In this document: one piece after another, positions 1-33,368 of the stretch
Numbering within the stretch: the first letter of the stretch is position 1
Layout of the letters: each line of letters starts with the position of its first letter
NCBI GenBank assembly: GCA_002269645.1
Contig: NIVC01000035.1
Span: 186,001-250,000, forward strand
DNA: 64,000 bases
Source of the DNA: Macrostomum lignano
Lineage: Eukaryota
Reading direction: 5' to 3'
The notes under the pieces: model-generated
What the model was told of the DNA's origin: nothing
The model's input: the letters and a program-made list of their open reading frames with translations, nothing else
Databases searched by the model: none
Program-made: the position numbers and the translations under genes

Positions 1-21560
<21,560 letters not shown>

Positions 21561-21739
21561 ACCAGCTAAAGAGTTATTGCAGAGCTCAGCTATTGCAGTG
21601 CCACATGCCACAGTGTATTGTAGTGTCCGTTACAGGTGCATAACACTCTGCAGCGCTATTCTTTCCAAACTATGAACATCACGTACATTTTCTTTAAAAT
21701 CACGTTTTTGATTCATTTTCAAAACATGCATCATCAGAT

Positions 21740-22003
21740 GGTTGTAGCCTAGTGGTCAGAGCGTCGGACTCTGATTCTCGACCCACTTCGGAACAATTTG
21801 TGTCTTGAGCAAGACACTTAACTCTACATTGCTTCAGTTCACCCAGCTGTAAAATGGGTGGTAATTGAGGGTGTGTGTGGCAACCCCCAGTCCTTGGACT
21901 GAACAGCCGTATGCAGCCTTCAAATGCGCCGCCTACGGCTGAGCTGTCGGTTGCACATAAAACCATTAGGACAGATGAAATCAAATTTTATTCCTATTAT
22001 TAT
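21740..22003 (+). mobile_element. Second copy of the CORE/Meta-like tRNA-SINE
   Basis: GGTTGTAGCCTAGTGGTCAGAGC head, GTGTCTTGAGCAAGACACTTAAC...CCCAGCTGTAAAATGGGT core, CCCCCAGTCCTTGGACTG body and tattattat tail align with 983-1303. Confidence 0.75.
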
Positions 22004-23163
22004 GTATATTTAGACACTATATTTGCAGTAATTATTCGAATACAAGTATATTTTACTCAAATTCGATAAAGATACTTTGTTATTGCGAAAATAAGTCGTT
22101 GAGTTTCTCAGTAGCAGCCTAAAATGCGTTTTTCTGCTGACTCAGTAAAAACCTTACTAGTATTGCACTCTTTCACCTGAGCTGGCCAAGTAGCATGGAT
22201 TTTGTGAGACTTCGTATCCAACTTGCCTATAATGTTGATAATTAGGACGATTTAGTAACTTGAAAATTAGGTTTAATAAATGCTGTCATCAGCCTGTACA
22301 GGCGCGTCTCATAATTTGAGCTTAACAAATAAATAGTTTATTCCTAAATTTTTTATTGTCTGTGTTTGGGCCTTAAAGACATGGAAGCCGCTTTCGCGGG
22401 GGGCGGCAACTCAAAGCAAGCGGTTTCGTTGAATTTTTGAACACTTGACCTGCCGCTCCGTGAATGAGCCGAGCCGACCTGCCCCACCTCAAGTCAGACT
22501 TTATCTCGTTAATTGCTAAAGTTTAAGTAGTCAAGTTTTTCTTTAAATTTGAATTTTTCTAAAGAAAATATCAGGCCGTAGGTTTCACTTTGAGGCTACT
22601 TTTCTAAGACAGCCACCTGTCAAAATTTGCAATCAAATTTGGAATCACCTTGAAGAGCAAATCCGATACCAGAGCCACACGTCGACATATTTCTGAACAT
22701 CTGCATGTCAACTGCATGTTTATTAATGCTAAAAAATTTTCAATCACTTATCAGAGGTGAGATGCTCTGCGAAACGAGGTTAATCCAATTTAGAGTTAAA
22801 TTGGTTGCCATTTCACTGCTCATTCTGCTGAGTTATTGTTCACAGTCAATGAGCAGTGCGCAGATTATTATGAAGCAGCCCCCAGGTAACCAGCAGGCCA
22901 TATCCGGCACCGCGTCTTTCTCGCAGCGGGGAGGCAACGTCACTTTTTGGGGCGGCGAAGAGCGCCCGGAGTCGGGCACCGTCCCTGATTCAGGTGCGAT
23001 GTATCTGGCACAACAACAACAACAACGACAACAGCAACAACAACAACAGCGACAGCAACAGCAACAGCAACAATTAACTTTTCTACCACAAACGTCCATA
23101 GAGTTGTCTTCAACCCCGTAAGTAACGGCATGCAGTCAGTCAATCCGTACTGTCTAATAACCG

Positions 23164-23327
23164 ATTCAGACACCTTCCGGCCAAATAAACAAAAATCTTA
23201 CAGAACCTATCTGCTGTTAGCGCCAAAGAAAATTCGTCCAGAGCAAATTCAGACACCTTCCGGCCAAATAAACAAAAATCTTACAGAACCTATCTGCTGT
23301 TAGCGCCAAAGAAAATTCGTCCAGAGC
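23164..23327 (+). repeat. 83-bp direct duplication spanning the Mcr-B intron 1/exon 2 acceptor
   Basis: attcagacaccttccgg...cttacag|aacctatctgctgttagcgccaaagaaaattcgtccagagc occurs twice; exon starts at 23204 and 23287. Confidence 0.95.
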
Positions 23328-25593
23328 AGAATCAGCATCACGGTATTCCGTCTCCTGCACGGCAGCCTCTCATTTAGAGTGTCTCTAAGAGCGAAGCCGG
23401 ACGCCAAATCTGGCAAAGCTGATCAACCGGAACGAGAACTGGCCTTCGCTTCAGAGAAATTCACTAAACCAGCAACCCGACCGCTTTTCCTAACGGTGAG
23501 TAAATTTGAGAGTCGGTCACTAGTGCGATTCATAGAAAGTTATTCTCTGCACCGCGGCAGATACTGTAATTTAGCGGACAGAACGCAATGCCAAATAGCA
23601 TATTCCACTCTAAAAGCGCTATAACAGAACATGCTGAACGCAATGCCAGGTAGAGAAGGACGAAGAGACCTGCTCAGGCTGAAAGATAAGATTTGAGATT
23701 TTTTGTTGCAACACAGCATGCAGAAAATAGCCAAAATCACTATCAAAGCATTCAACTAACGTGCGATACCAACAATATTGTGATGCCTTAAGCTTGAACT
23801 ACTCGTATTTGCACTTCAGGTGCCAGAGAATGCTCCATTGGGGAAGTACAGCATCCTTGTTGAAGGATCCATCGAGTCGAAGGCTGGTCTGTTGTTTCAA
23901 AACAGAACGGAACTGCTGGTCGAGCCCAAACTATTCTCAACATACATTCAGTTCTCAAAGCCAATTTATGCAATGGGCGATCTAATCAAGTTCCGAGTGA
24001 TACCGTATGGAGCTGATCTGACGGTCAAGAGTCGAGTATTGAACACCATCGAGGTTGTGGACTCAAACGGCATCGCCGTGAGACGATGGCTTTCACCAAG
24101 AACCAATGCCCGAGGCTATATTGAGTTGAGTTTCCAGCTGCCCCCAACCTGCAGTCACGGCGAGTGGAAGATTCGCTGCAGTCGCGAGAACTTCGCTACG
24201 GAGAAATCTTTCACAGTGTTCTACAACACCAACAGTGGCCCGCTGTCCGTCAACGTGAGCCTGCCGCTGAAACTCTCCGAGTTCTCCTTCGGTGTCTACG
24301 GCATTTTGGAGGCCAATCACACGACCAATGCGCCCACTACAGGAAATGCAACCCTGCGATTACAGTTTAGAAACAGAGGCGCGCTGACCGAGACTTCACC
24401 ATTGGGAACCATGTGGCGATTCATACCGTATGTAAGTACTTGTCGCTTATCTACATGTAGCTACCAAAGTTCTTTAAGACACCACCTACTGTAGCACTGA
24501 AAAGCCACATCAATTTTACACGAATCAACTTGACAGTTCAAAGGACGGGCTTCGTTTCTGTTCACGATGAGCGAGATCAAGAAGGAGCTGAAAATGGCAG
24601 CGCTAGTTGACGACATCGACGTGACAGTGGACGCCAGCGTACTGGACTGGTACTACCTGTTGAACATCTCGCACGCCGCTCACACGGTGATATTCCGAGA
24701 AACGCCGAACATCAAGTTCCTGGGCGGTCGAGTCAGTTCAAACCCGGATTTCCTTTCATCGCTTTGGTATGGCGTCAGTTTTAACTAGCCACTGTCCAAC
24801 CAGTGACATTGATTGGTTTGCTACCGCTGTGCTCGTCTGCTCAAATTTCAGATGCACATTTTTCAACCGGACGGCAGGAAGCCGAATCTGCGCAGGCGGC
24901 ACGTGAACGTGAATCTCTAATGCAACACTGGAAATTTGGTGAATGCGGATCGGGGGATTCCCATTCCTGATGACTCAATACTTCGCTACACTGTGCCGAC
25001 CACGAGAGACTGCATCAACTACAGGCTGGTGGCGGTGCTCCAGTCTGAAGGCAGTTCGGCCGCAAAGACTGCTGAGCAGTTCATCTTTCGTCACTACTCG
25101 GCCACAGGAGCTTATCTCAGAATGAGCACTTCTACTGACAGACCGGCCGCAGATCGCTACATGGTGTTCAACATTCGAACTACTCACTTTACGCCCGAGA
25201 TTCACCACCTCATCGAGGCTGGAGGGAACATCGCATTCAGCGACACTGTCAGCATGCCGAGCGGTGCTCTGGCCAAGACCTTCTCCATCGCGCTGTCGCG
25301 AGAGATGGCGCCAGTGGCAAGAGTTGTGGCCTACTTCATGAAGCCAGACGGAGAGCTGGTCACCGACGCTCTCAGCTTTTTTGTGAGCCCGCCAACCATG
25401 GACTCACTTCGGGTGAGCCTCACTGAAGGCTCCGACCTGAGCGGTAACAGCCTAACAGGTTAGTTCGAGGAACTCCTGGTTCATATATCCTGCTGTCCGC
25501 TCTGCCCTACGAGCTGTATGCGAGGTTCGGCGGCAGAGTCATATTGGAACCAAATGCTGTGAGTAACTGCTCAAAATATCTTAGGTTTGGTAA

Positions 25594-26171
25594 GTTTTCC
25601 TTTTGACTTACTTGACTCAGCTGCAGGGGTTCTGGGCATCCCGATACAACGCCGTTTCGCTAACCCCTGGCGACCACAGGCAGCTGGTGCTGCGGTGTCG
25701 CGCAGGGAGATCCGGTGGTGCTGGTGTCCGCAGCGCGGTCCCCCTCCGGAAAGTCCAGGAGGTGGATGGTCGCTCGCCCGGTAGACCAGGTAGCGGACAA
25801 GCTGGTAGAGATTCTCGAGGCCTAAAAACGTCAGAGGTCCGGGTTCGGGCCGAGGTAGTTGATCCTGTCCTGAGTAAAGGCGGGGCATTCACAAATGAAG
25901 TGCTCCGAGGGGAAGAATGCGCATTCCTCGCTACGGATTTTTACCTGTAGGCGACGATGCCTGGCAAAACAGCCCATGTCCCGAGAGGGCCATGGTCACC
26001 GCCCTGATGTCCCTGAGGTTGAGTCCAAGCAGGGCCTTACGGAGGGCAGGGGAAGGACTGGGGACAGCCGCGCGGGATTTCCGGCAGTCGGGGGCGTAAG
26101 ACCACCCCTCCCTCTGCTTTAAGAAGCCACCCACAGGTTGATCCGAGTGGTGAGAGTTTTCTAGTTTTTTA
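25594..26171 (-). mobile_element. 5'-truncated non-LTR retrotransposon 3' fragment (I/Loa/R1-group-like C-terminus)
   Basis: GC-rich insert in an AT-richer intron. Minus-strand peptides (with frameshifts) [19 protein letters not shown]... and [19 protein letters not shown] resemble the C-terminal CCHC region of ORF2 in these LINEs. Short AAGT(C) tail; GTTTGGTAA direct repeats at 25585-25593 and 26172-26180 (TSD candidate). Confidence 0.75.
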
Positions 26172-26749
26172 GTTTGGTAATCTCCGCGACGTGAGAAAAA
26201 TGATATATGCACGGGCAAGTTGCTCAAACTGACAAATAATTTCATATACTGACAAGATAGAACAGTACAGCAATAGCAACCTCGATATAGAAGGTATAAA
26301 CATCGATAATAGACTATGAAACCTGAAAACTTATCCAGACTTATGCACTGGAGCTTTCGTGTTTTGTGATTGAATCGAGCGCCATCTCGATACGCTTTCG
26401 TTGCTACATGCTACATGTACGAAGGGACACGAGATGCGGAGTCCACAACTCAGTGCTTTTCAGTAAAAAGTTCACTATTGAGCATAATGAGTTCAGCTCT
26501 TTGATCTGATGCATACCGAACTCCAACAGCTGATAGACGAGCTCCGCTCCTCCGATGCGCATTCGGAGCAGCCGGTGTCCTATCGTTGGTTCGAGGACGA
26601 CCGAGCCGACCAGGCCAGCGCTGTGCACTTCGCCACCGCCACGGCGGGTCCCGACGCGAATAAAACGATGAACTTTTCTGGACTGCTGCTGTTCACGGAT
26701 GCCAATTATAGGGCTGTCAAATTTTGGCGTGAGTTTCCTGATAGAAAGA

Positions 26750-26970
26750 AGTTTACCTGTTAATTACCTGTTAGTTATGGGAGATTTACCTGTCAATTAT
26801 TGGAGATTTACCTGTCAATTATTGGAGATTTACCTGTTAACTATAGGAGATTTGCCTGTTCGCCATGGGACATTTACCTGTTCGCCATGGTAGAGTTACC
26901 TGTTAGTCATGAGACATTCACCTGTTAGTTCCAGGATATTAACCTGTTAGCTGTGAGAGACTTACCCACA
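26750..26970. repeat. Degenerate 22-bp minisatellite (GGAGATTTACCTGTCAATTATT)
   Basis: ggagattt at 26780, 26802, 26824. Confidence 0.85.
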
Positions 26971-27333
26971 TAACTACGCTCGTATCTTGCGCAGTAGTGG
27001 GAAATGCACACAGCATTGCACTAAGATTCGCACCTGTGTTTGCCCTCCTGCAGACTCGTGCAACGAGACGCTCAATCCCGACAGAGCGTTCCCGTGCTAC
27101 TCAACTCCAGACAGGTGCTACGGGCATCGGCACCGGTGCGACGGTAACATCGACTGCGAGACCGGGGTGGACGAACTCAACTGCGAGTCAGTTCTGTCCG
27201 AGAAGGAAAAACCGCTTCCTGGACAAGTCACTCCGAGAATCGAACCGGTCATGCGACATTGTGTGTTCGACGATAACTGGCTGTGGCAGGAACTCTATGT
27301 TCGGTGTGTGGTTAGGGTGATCTAGCAGCTGGT

Positions 27334-27436
27334 GTGTGACACTGTCTAACAGGGTGTGACACTGTCTAACAGGGTGTGACACTATCTAACAGGGTGTGAC
27401 ACTATCTAACAGGGTGTGACACTGTCTAACAGGTGT
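27334..27436. repeat. 20-bp tandem repeat (GTGTGACACTGTCTAACAGG), about 5 copies
   Basis: Directly visible in Mcr-B intron 7. Confidence 0.95.
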
Positions 27437-27774
27437 GTGATCTTGATTATTTTTCCTCCACTTCCCCAGCCCAGACGGCACAGCGCCAATCAAGCGAGCC
27501 GGTATCCCTAAGCAAGAAACCACTTGGGTTGTCGGGGCGATTCAGATCGATCCAATCGGTGGGATTCGAGTGCAGACGTCGCCGATTCGGTTCACTCCCA
27601 GCCGAAGGTTCTACATGGTGTTGGAGGCGCCAAGGCGGCTGGTCCGTGGCGAGTACGCGGGCGTCAGGGTGGCCCTGTTCAACAGAGGCGACTACTGGGC
27701 TGAGGTAGGGACCGCTGGCAGTATCGCATTGAGATCCCACTGATGTACTCACTTCTACCCGTTTTCTTTTGTCT

Positions 27775-28330
27775 CCTCTACTTTCTCTCCTCTCCTCTCC
27801 TCTCCTCATCTCCTCTCCTTTCCTCTCCTCTCCTCTCCTCTCCTCTCCTCTCCTCTCCTCTCCTCTCCTCTCCTCTCCTCTCCTGTCCTCATCTCCTCTC
27901 CTCTCCTCATCTCCTCTCCTCATCTCCTCTCCTCATCTCCTCTCCTTATCTCCTCTCCTCATCTCCTCTCCTCATTTCCTCTCCTCATCTCATCTCATCT
28001 CCTCTCCTCTTCTCTCCTCTCCTCTCCTGTCCTCATCTCCTCTCCTCATCTCCTCTCCTCATCTCCTCTCCTCTCCTCATCTCCTCTCATCTCCTCATAT
28101 CCTCTCATCTCCTCATCTCCTCTCCTCTCCTCATCTCCTCTCCTCTCCTAATCTCCTCTCCTCTCCTCATCTCCTCTCCTCTCCTCATCTCCTCTCCTCT
28201 CCTCATCGCCTCTCCTCTCCTCATCTCCTCTCCTCTCCTCATCTCCTCTCCTCATCTCCTCTCTTCTCTCTCTCCTACTTTCTTCTCCCCTCCTTCGCTC
28301 ATCTACTCTCTTTTCTCTTCTCCCCCTCTT
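27775..28330. repeat. Polypyrimidine (CTCCT)n/(CTCAT) microsatellite
   Basis: Directly visible; explains the SSPLL/SSPHL repeat ORFs. Confidence 0.95.
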
Positions 28331-28804
28331 TCTCTACTACTATCTACTCATTTCTCTATCCTCTCTTCCAGTTTCTCCGTTTTCCCGTTTAACTACGAGC
28401 GTATGGCCAGCCAAATAACAAAAATGCAGTCGCTCTTCATCATGGCTGACCCAATGCTTCAAGAGCTTCTCACGATGTCACTCGAAAACAGATTCTGGTC
28501 GAAATGAAGAAAAGCTCCGAAGTCGAATTCATCCAAGTCGACGCGTTGAGTCGGCAAGGCAGCTACTCCGTAAGATCGCTGGCCAATCACAGCGCTCACA
28601 CGATGGTATACCTTCCCGCCGGCAGCACCAAGATGGTTAAATTTCCCGTGCTGCCAAAGAAGCTCGACCTGAATCTCGTCACTTTTTGTTCGTTCGCCTT
28701 CTTGGGCGGAGTGCTCACCGCACTCACACTCTCTGGCGCTGAGCCGCTCTCCCTGGTTGCAGAGGACGCCAGCTCGACAGTGACTATTGATGTGGCGGTA
28801 AGAC

Positions 28805-29090
28805 ATCCTCAATCCTGACCTTCATCTCGCTTTAGATCTTCATCTAAATCCTCTCAATCCTCTCAGTCCCATCTAGATCACATCTTAATCCCCATCCAGC
28901 TCCAAATCTAGATCCCATCAAGGTCCCATCTAGATAATCATCTACATGTAGATCTCCATCGATAATCCTTGTCTAGATCCTCATCCAGATTCTCATCCAG
29001 ATTCCCATCCAGTTTCTCATCTAGATCCCCATCTAACTACTCGTCTAAATATTTATCTAGTAGATCCCCATATCCCATCAAGATCCCCAT
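28805..29090. repeat. Degenerate CATCTAGATCC-type low-complexity repeat
   Basis: Recurring catctagat/gatccccatc motifs; abuts the truncated TED fragment of Mcr-B. Confidence 0.6.
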
Positions 29091-29284
29091 CGGGTAGCGA
29101 GAAATTCGCGGCCAGAGACTTGTTGCAGAGGACGGCCAGGACTGATAATTACCTGTACTGGGCTGCGGAGAGGGTGCGACCGGCTGCCAGGGAGACCGAC
29201 TCCGCTGGGAGAACTCTGATCAGGTTTGGGGAGCTCGCTGCTGAGCAGCAAATGCATTGCTGGGTATCTGATGGGAGTTCGGAT

Positions 29285-29603
29285 TGAGGATCTGGGAGGC
29301 TGGTGGCCCAGCAACTGAGGATCTGGGAGGCTGGTGGCCCAACAACTGAGGATCTGGGAGGCTGGTGGCCCAGCAACTGAGGATCTGGGAGGCTGGTGGC
29401 CCAACAACTGAGGATCTGGGAGGCTGGTGGCCCAGCAACTGAGGATCTGGGAGGCTGGTGGCCCAGCAACTGAGGATCTGGGAGGCTGGTGGCCCAGCAA
29501 CTGAGGATCTGGGAGGCTGGTGGCCCAGCAACTGAGGATCTGGGAGGCTGGTGGCCCAGCAACTGAGGATCTGGGAGGCTGGCCCAGCAACTGAAGATCT
29601 GGG
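29285..29603. repeat. 31-bp minisatellite (TGAGGATCTGGGAGGCTGGTGGCCCAGCAAC), about 10 copies
   Basis: Directly visible, inside the Mcr-B-specific intron 29224-29717. Confidence 0.95.
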
Positions 29604-30454
29604 ACTAAAAAATCTGTTCTGGACCACAAGCCAACAAGAAAAAAGTTCACACAAAAGATCAGCAATGTTTCCAGCGCACGGGAGTTTTACAGATGCATTA
29701 AAATCATTCCATCGCAGAGCTCGCATCGAAGGCGCAAACGACGCTTACGCGGTTCAAGCCTCGTCATTCGCTCTGCTCGCCTTGTTGAAGTCCAAACCAA
29801 CCAATGCGGCAGAGAGCATGAGCGCAAGCCTGCAGCATAACGTTACTAAAATCGTAAACTTCATAGCCGAGACCAAAAATTCGGCAAACGGCTGGGTGTC
29901 GACTCAGGACACAGCGTTTGCAGTCAGAGCGCTGCGGGATCTGGCCCAGCGCGATCTCAACAGGAACATCTTAGCAATTTAGCATCATTCAAGATGAACA
30001 ACATGACCTGATTCAAACGTCATTTCCCAGATGGACTTGGACAGAACGCTCCGAGACTAGCGGCATGGGTCTGCTGTCCTTCACCTTTCCCACTGGCTAC
30101 CATTCGAGCAACTACGGCCTGAGAAATTTCCTGCTAGCGTTGAGGCCAACCGTGCCCAACCTCAGGCACCTGTGGAATGACGGGTCGCTGTTAAGGCCTT
30201 CTTTACTAATGTGAGAACCGATGTGATAAAATAATAAATTATAATTCGCCCCCTCGGTGAGCGACACCAACCAATAAAAAATCATGGCTCTGCAGATTTC
30301 ATCCCGTCAGTCGACTTGTCTGACCATCCGCATGCCCCGATGGCACCCAGTGGCCAACACGACCATCGAGCAGAGCTGCCAGATCTACGAGTACTTTGAG
30401 GCTAGTCAGTAATAAGGAGAAAGAATTGTGGCTCATATAGTGAGTCTGTTAGCG

Positions 30455-31330
30455 CATTCAGTGGCATTCCCTCCTGACCAAACTGGAGAATTCAGTGGCA
30501 TTCCCTCCTGACCAAACTGGACAATTCAGTGGCATTCTCTCTTGACCAAACTGGAGAATTCAGTGGCATTCTCTCCTGACCAAACTGGAGAATTCAGTGG
30601 CATTCTCTCCTGACCAAATAGACAATTCAGTGGCATTCCCTCCTGTCCAAACTGGAGAATTCAGTGCCATTCTCTCCTGTCCAAAATGGAGAATTCAGTG
30701 CCATTCTCTCCTGTCCAAACTGGAGAATTCAGTGCCATTCTCTCCTGTCCAAAATGGAGAATTCAGTGCCATTCTCTCCTGTCCAAAATGGAGAATTCAG
30801 TGCCATTCTCTCCTGTCCAAAATGGAGAATTCAGTGCCATTCTCTCCTGTCCAAAATGGAGAATTCAGTGCCATTCTCTCCTGACCAAACTGTAGAATTC
30901 AGTGGCATTCCCTCCTGACCAAATTTGAGAATTCAGTGGCATTCCCTCCTGACCAAACTGTAGAATTCAGTGGCATTCCCTCCTGACCAAATTTGAGAAT
31001 TCAGTGGCATTCCCTCCTGACCAAATTTGAGAATTCAGTGGCATTCTCTCCTGTCCAAAATGGAGAATTCAGTGCCATTCTCTCCTGACCAAACTGTAGA
31101 ATTCAGTGGCATTCCCTCCTGACCAAATTTGAGAATTCAGTGGCATTCCCTCCTGACCAAACTGTAGAATTTAGTGGCATTCCCTCCTGACCAAACTGGC
31201 GAATTTAAAGGAATTCCCTCCTGACCAAATTGGCAAGTTCAAAGGAATTCCCTCCTGACCAAACTGGCGAATTCAAAGGAATTCCCTCCTGACCAAACTG
31301 GCAAATTCAAAGGAATTCCCTCCTGACCAA
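30455..31330. repeat. 34-bp minisatellite, about 26 copies
   Basis: ttcagtgg recurs at 30491, 30525, 30559; the variant changes along the array (GGAATTCCCTCC type at the right end). Confidence 0.95.
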
Positions 31331-31975
31331 ATGGTATAACTGAGATGACCAACTAACTAGTATAAAACTTTATTACAAATTTTGAAACAAAAACCATTAC
31401 AGACAATGGAAACTACACAATGTACAGCACAAGGTCATTGCAGGCCAACGACCTCTGCAGAGTTTGCGGCTCGTTCCAGTGCCCCTACTGCGTAGACTAC
31501 AACAGCTCGACCAGTTTGTTAAATTCGTCCAGCACGCTCTGGTTGGTGTTGCTCAGTATTGCAGCAACCGTAGCTACTCTGCAAACACAGCTACTAACAG
31601 TAGCCAGTTCGGGATATTTCTAAAATTTTTCTTTAATTAACTAACAGACATTTACTTCCCAGCCTAGCACTGCAACTCTAGCTGGAATAATTTTACTGGC
31701 GTTAAAAAAGCAAGCAAAAATCCACGCACCAAAATTTTTAAAGTACTCGTAGTATAACCGCAAATTTTAATGCAACTGAACAGAAACTCGACAATCAGTA
31801 TATTTTTAATAATCAACAAAACAGGAAGAACTGGAGAAAAATGCTTAGCTACTGAAAAGAACAAGTTGAAATGCATGCAAAATAAACTGTTTAAAAATAG
31901 ACAGACTGGAACACAAAACTAAAGATTGCCTTCGTTTCTAGACTTTGTAGCAAAAAATGAAGTCCAAAGCTACGA

Positions 31976-32645
31976 TGCAATGTACACATGCTTTAGCTCG
32001 AACCCTCCATGTAGACGCTCTAGCCCAACCTCTCAGTGTACACACGCTCTAGCCCAACCTCTCAATGTACACACGCTCTAGGCCAATCCTCAATGTACAC
32101 ACGCTCTAGCCCAACCCCTCAATGTACACACGCTCTAGCCCAACCCCTCAATGTACACACGCTCTAGCCCAACCTCTCAATGTACACACGCTCTAGCCCA
32201 ACCCCTCAATGTACACACGCTCTAGCCCAACCTCTCAATGTACACACGCTTTAGCCCAAACCTCAATGTACACACGCTCTAGCCCAACCTCTCAATGTAC
32301 ATACGCTCTAGCCCAACCTCTCAATGTAGGCACGCTCTTACCCAACTTCTCAATGTACACAAGCTTTAGCTCGAACCCTCCATGTAGACACGCTCTAGCC
32401 CAACCTCTCAGTGTACACACGCTCTAGCCCAACCTCTCAATGTACACACGCTCTAGGCCAATCCTCAATGTACATACGCTCTAGCCCAACCTCTCAATGT
32501 ACATACGCTCTAGCCCAACCTCTCAATGTAGGCACGCTCTTACCCAACTTCTCAATGTACACATGCTTTAGCTCGAACCCTCCATGTAGACACGCTCTAG
32601 CCCAACCCCTCAATGTACACACGTTATAGCTAGCCCAACCCCTCA
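31976..32645. repeat. 28-29-bp minisatellite (AATGTACACACGCTCTAGCCCAACCTCTC), about 23 copies
   Basis: Directly visible. Confidence 0.95.
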
Positions 32646-32768
32646 ACGCCGACAACTTAACATAGAAACGCTAAAAAAGTTAGCCAGTCAATGTCCAATG
32701 GCTCAAGACATGGATCAATGTCGCGTTACGGAAGACCAAGTCACCCCTAGAAAAACTCGCCAAATGCC

Positions 32769-33323
32769 CTAAGAAAACAGCTGAATCATCAGATCGATCG
32801 CATAGAACTCTGTAGCCACCGAGCAAGCCAAATGGAATCCGTCGCCTTCCTCGTAGCAGCCGCCTTCAACGAATTCCACGCTCCAATTGCTGCCCTCGGC
32901 TGCGTCCGGTGGAATCGGCAAGACGCTCAACGCTAACAACAGGCGACAGAACGCCGACTGCAGCTCAGCTAGGGGCCAATCAACCAGATGAGTGACATCC
33001 AGAGTGAAGGCATCGCTAGAACGTGGCCGCAGTCGCAGTCTCAAACGGCGCCGTCTGCCTAAAAATAAATCTATCGCGTCAACGTGACGAGCATCTGCCT
33101 CGTACGCCAAGGCCAGTTCGCCAACGTAATTAGAAACTTGAACGTCAGCGCAGCGGTACACCGGGGCGGACGAATCGTACACCACTCGTCGAGAGAAACA
33201 GCCAGGTGGATAAGCGCCCGACAGACGAAGCGCTTGATGAAGAAATACTTCGAGAAATTCGGCCACTAGGGTGGTCGGAGTGACGCCTGACGGCACTGAC
33301 GATCGACGGTCTGATTGGCTCGA
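32769..33323 (-). CDS. MAD2L2: REV7/MAD2L2-like HORMA-domain protein (start codon not found; upstream exon or pseudogene)
   Basis: [45 protein letters not shown] parallels REV7 [58 protein letters not shown] parallels EQLLRAFILKISV. In-frame TAA at 33336-33338 upstream and no ATG; possible acceptor tttgcag| at 33324/33323. Confidence 0.75.
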   Translation of the reverse strand, partial: [184 protein letters not shown]

Positions 33324-33368
33324 CTGCAAATTTAATTAACGATCAGGCTCTCTGCAGTTAATAGGAGA

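Larger units (their letters stand above)
22762..31623 (+). pseudogene. Second Mcr-like TEP paralogue (Mcr-B), multiply disabled in this sequence
   Basis: Exons homologous to Mcr-A: 22762-23117 (signal peptide, polyQ), 23287-23495, 23820-24431, 24537-24766, 24852-25558, 26530-26728, 27054-27303 (LDLa), 27470-27704, 28492-28797, ~29085-29223, 29718-~29979, 30031-30210, 30296-30404, 31403-31623. Lesions: frameshift at ~23327, 4-nt deletion at ~24733, in-frame TAA 24918-24920, frameshift at ~25461, loss of ~0.9 kb and ~0.3 kb of the TED exon, frameshift at ~30187. Confidence 0.8.
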
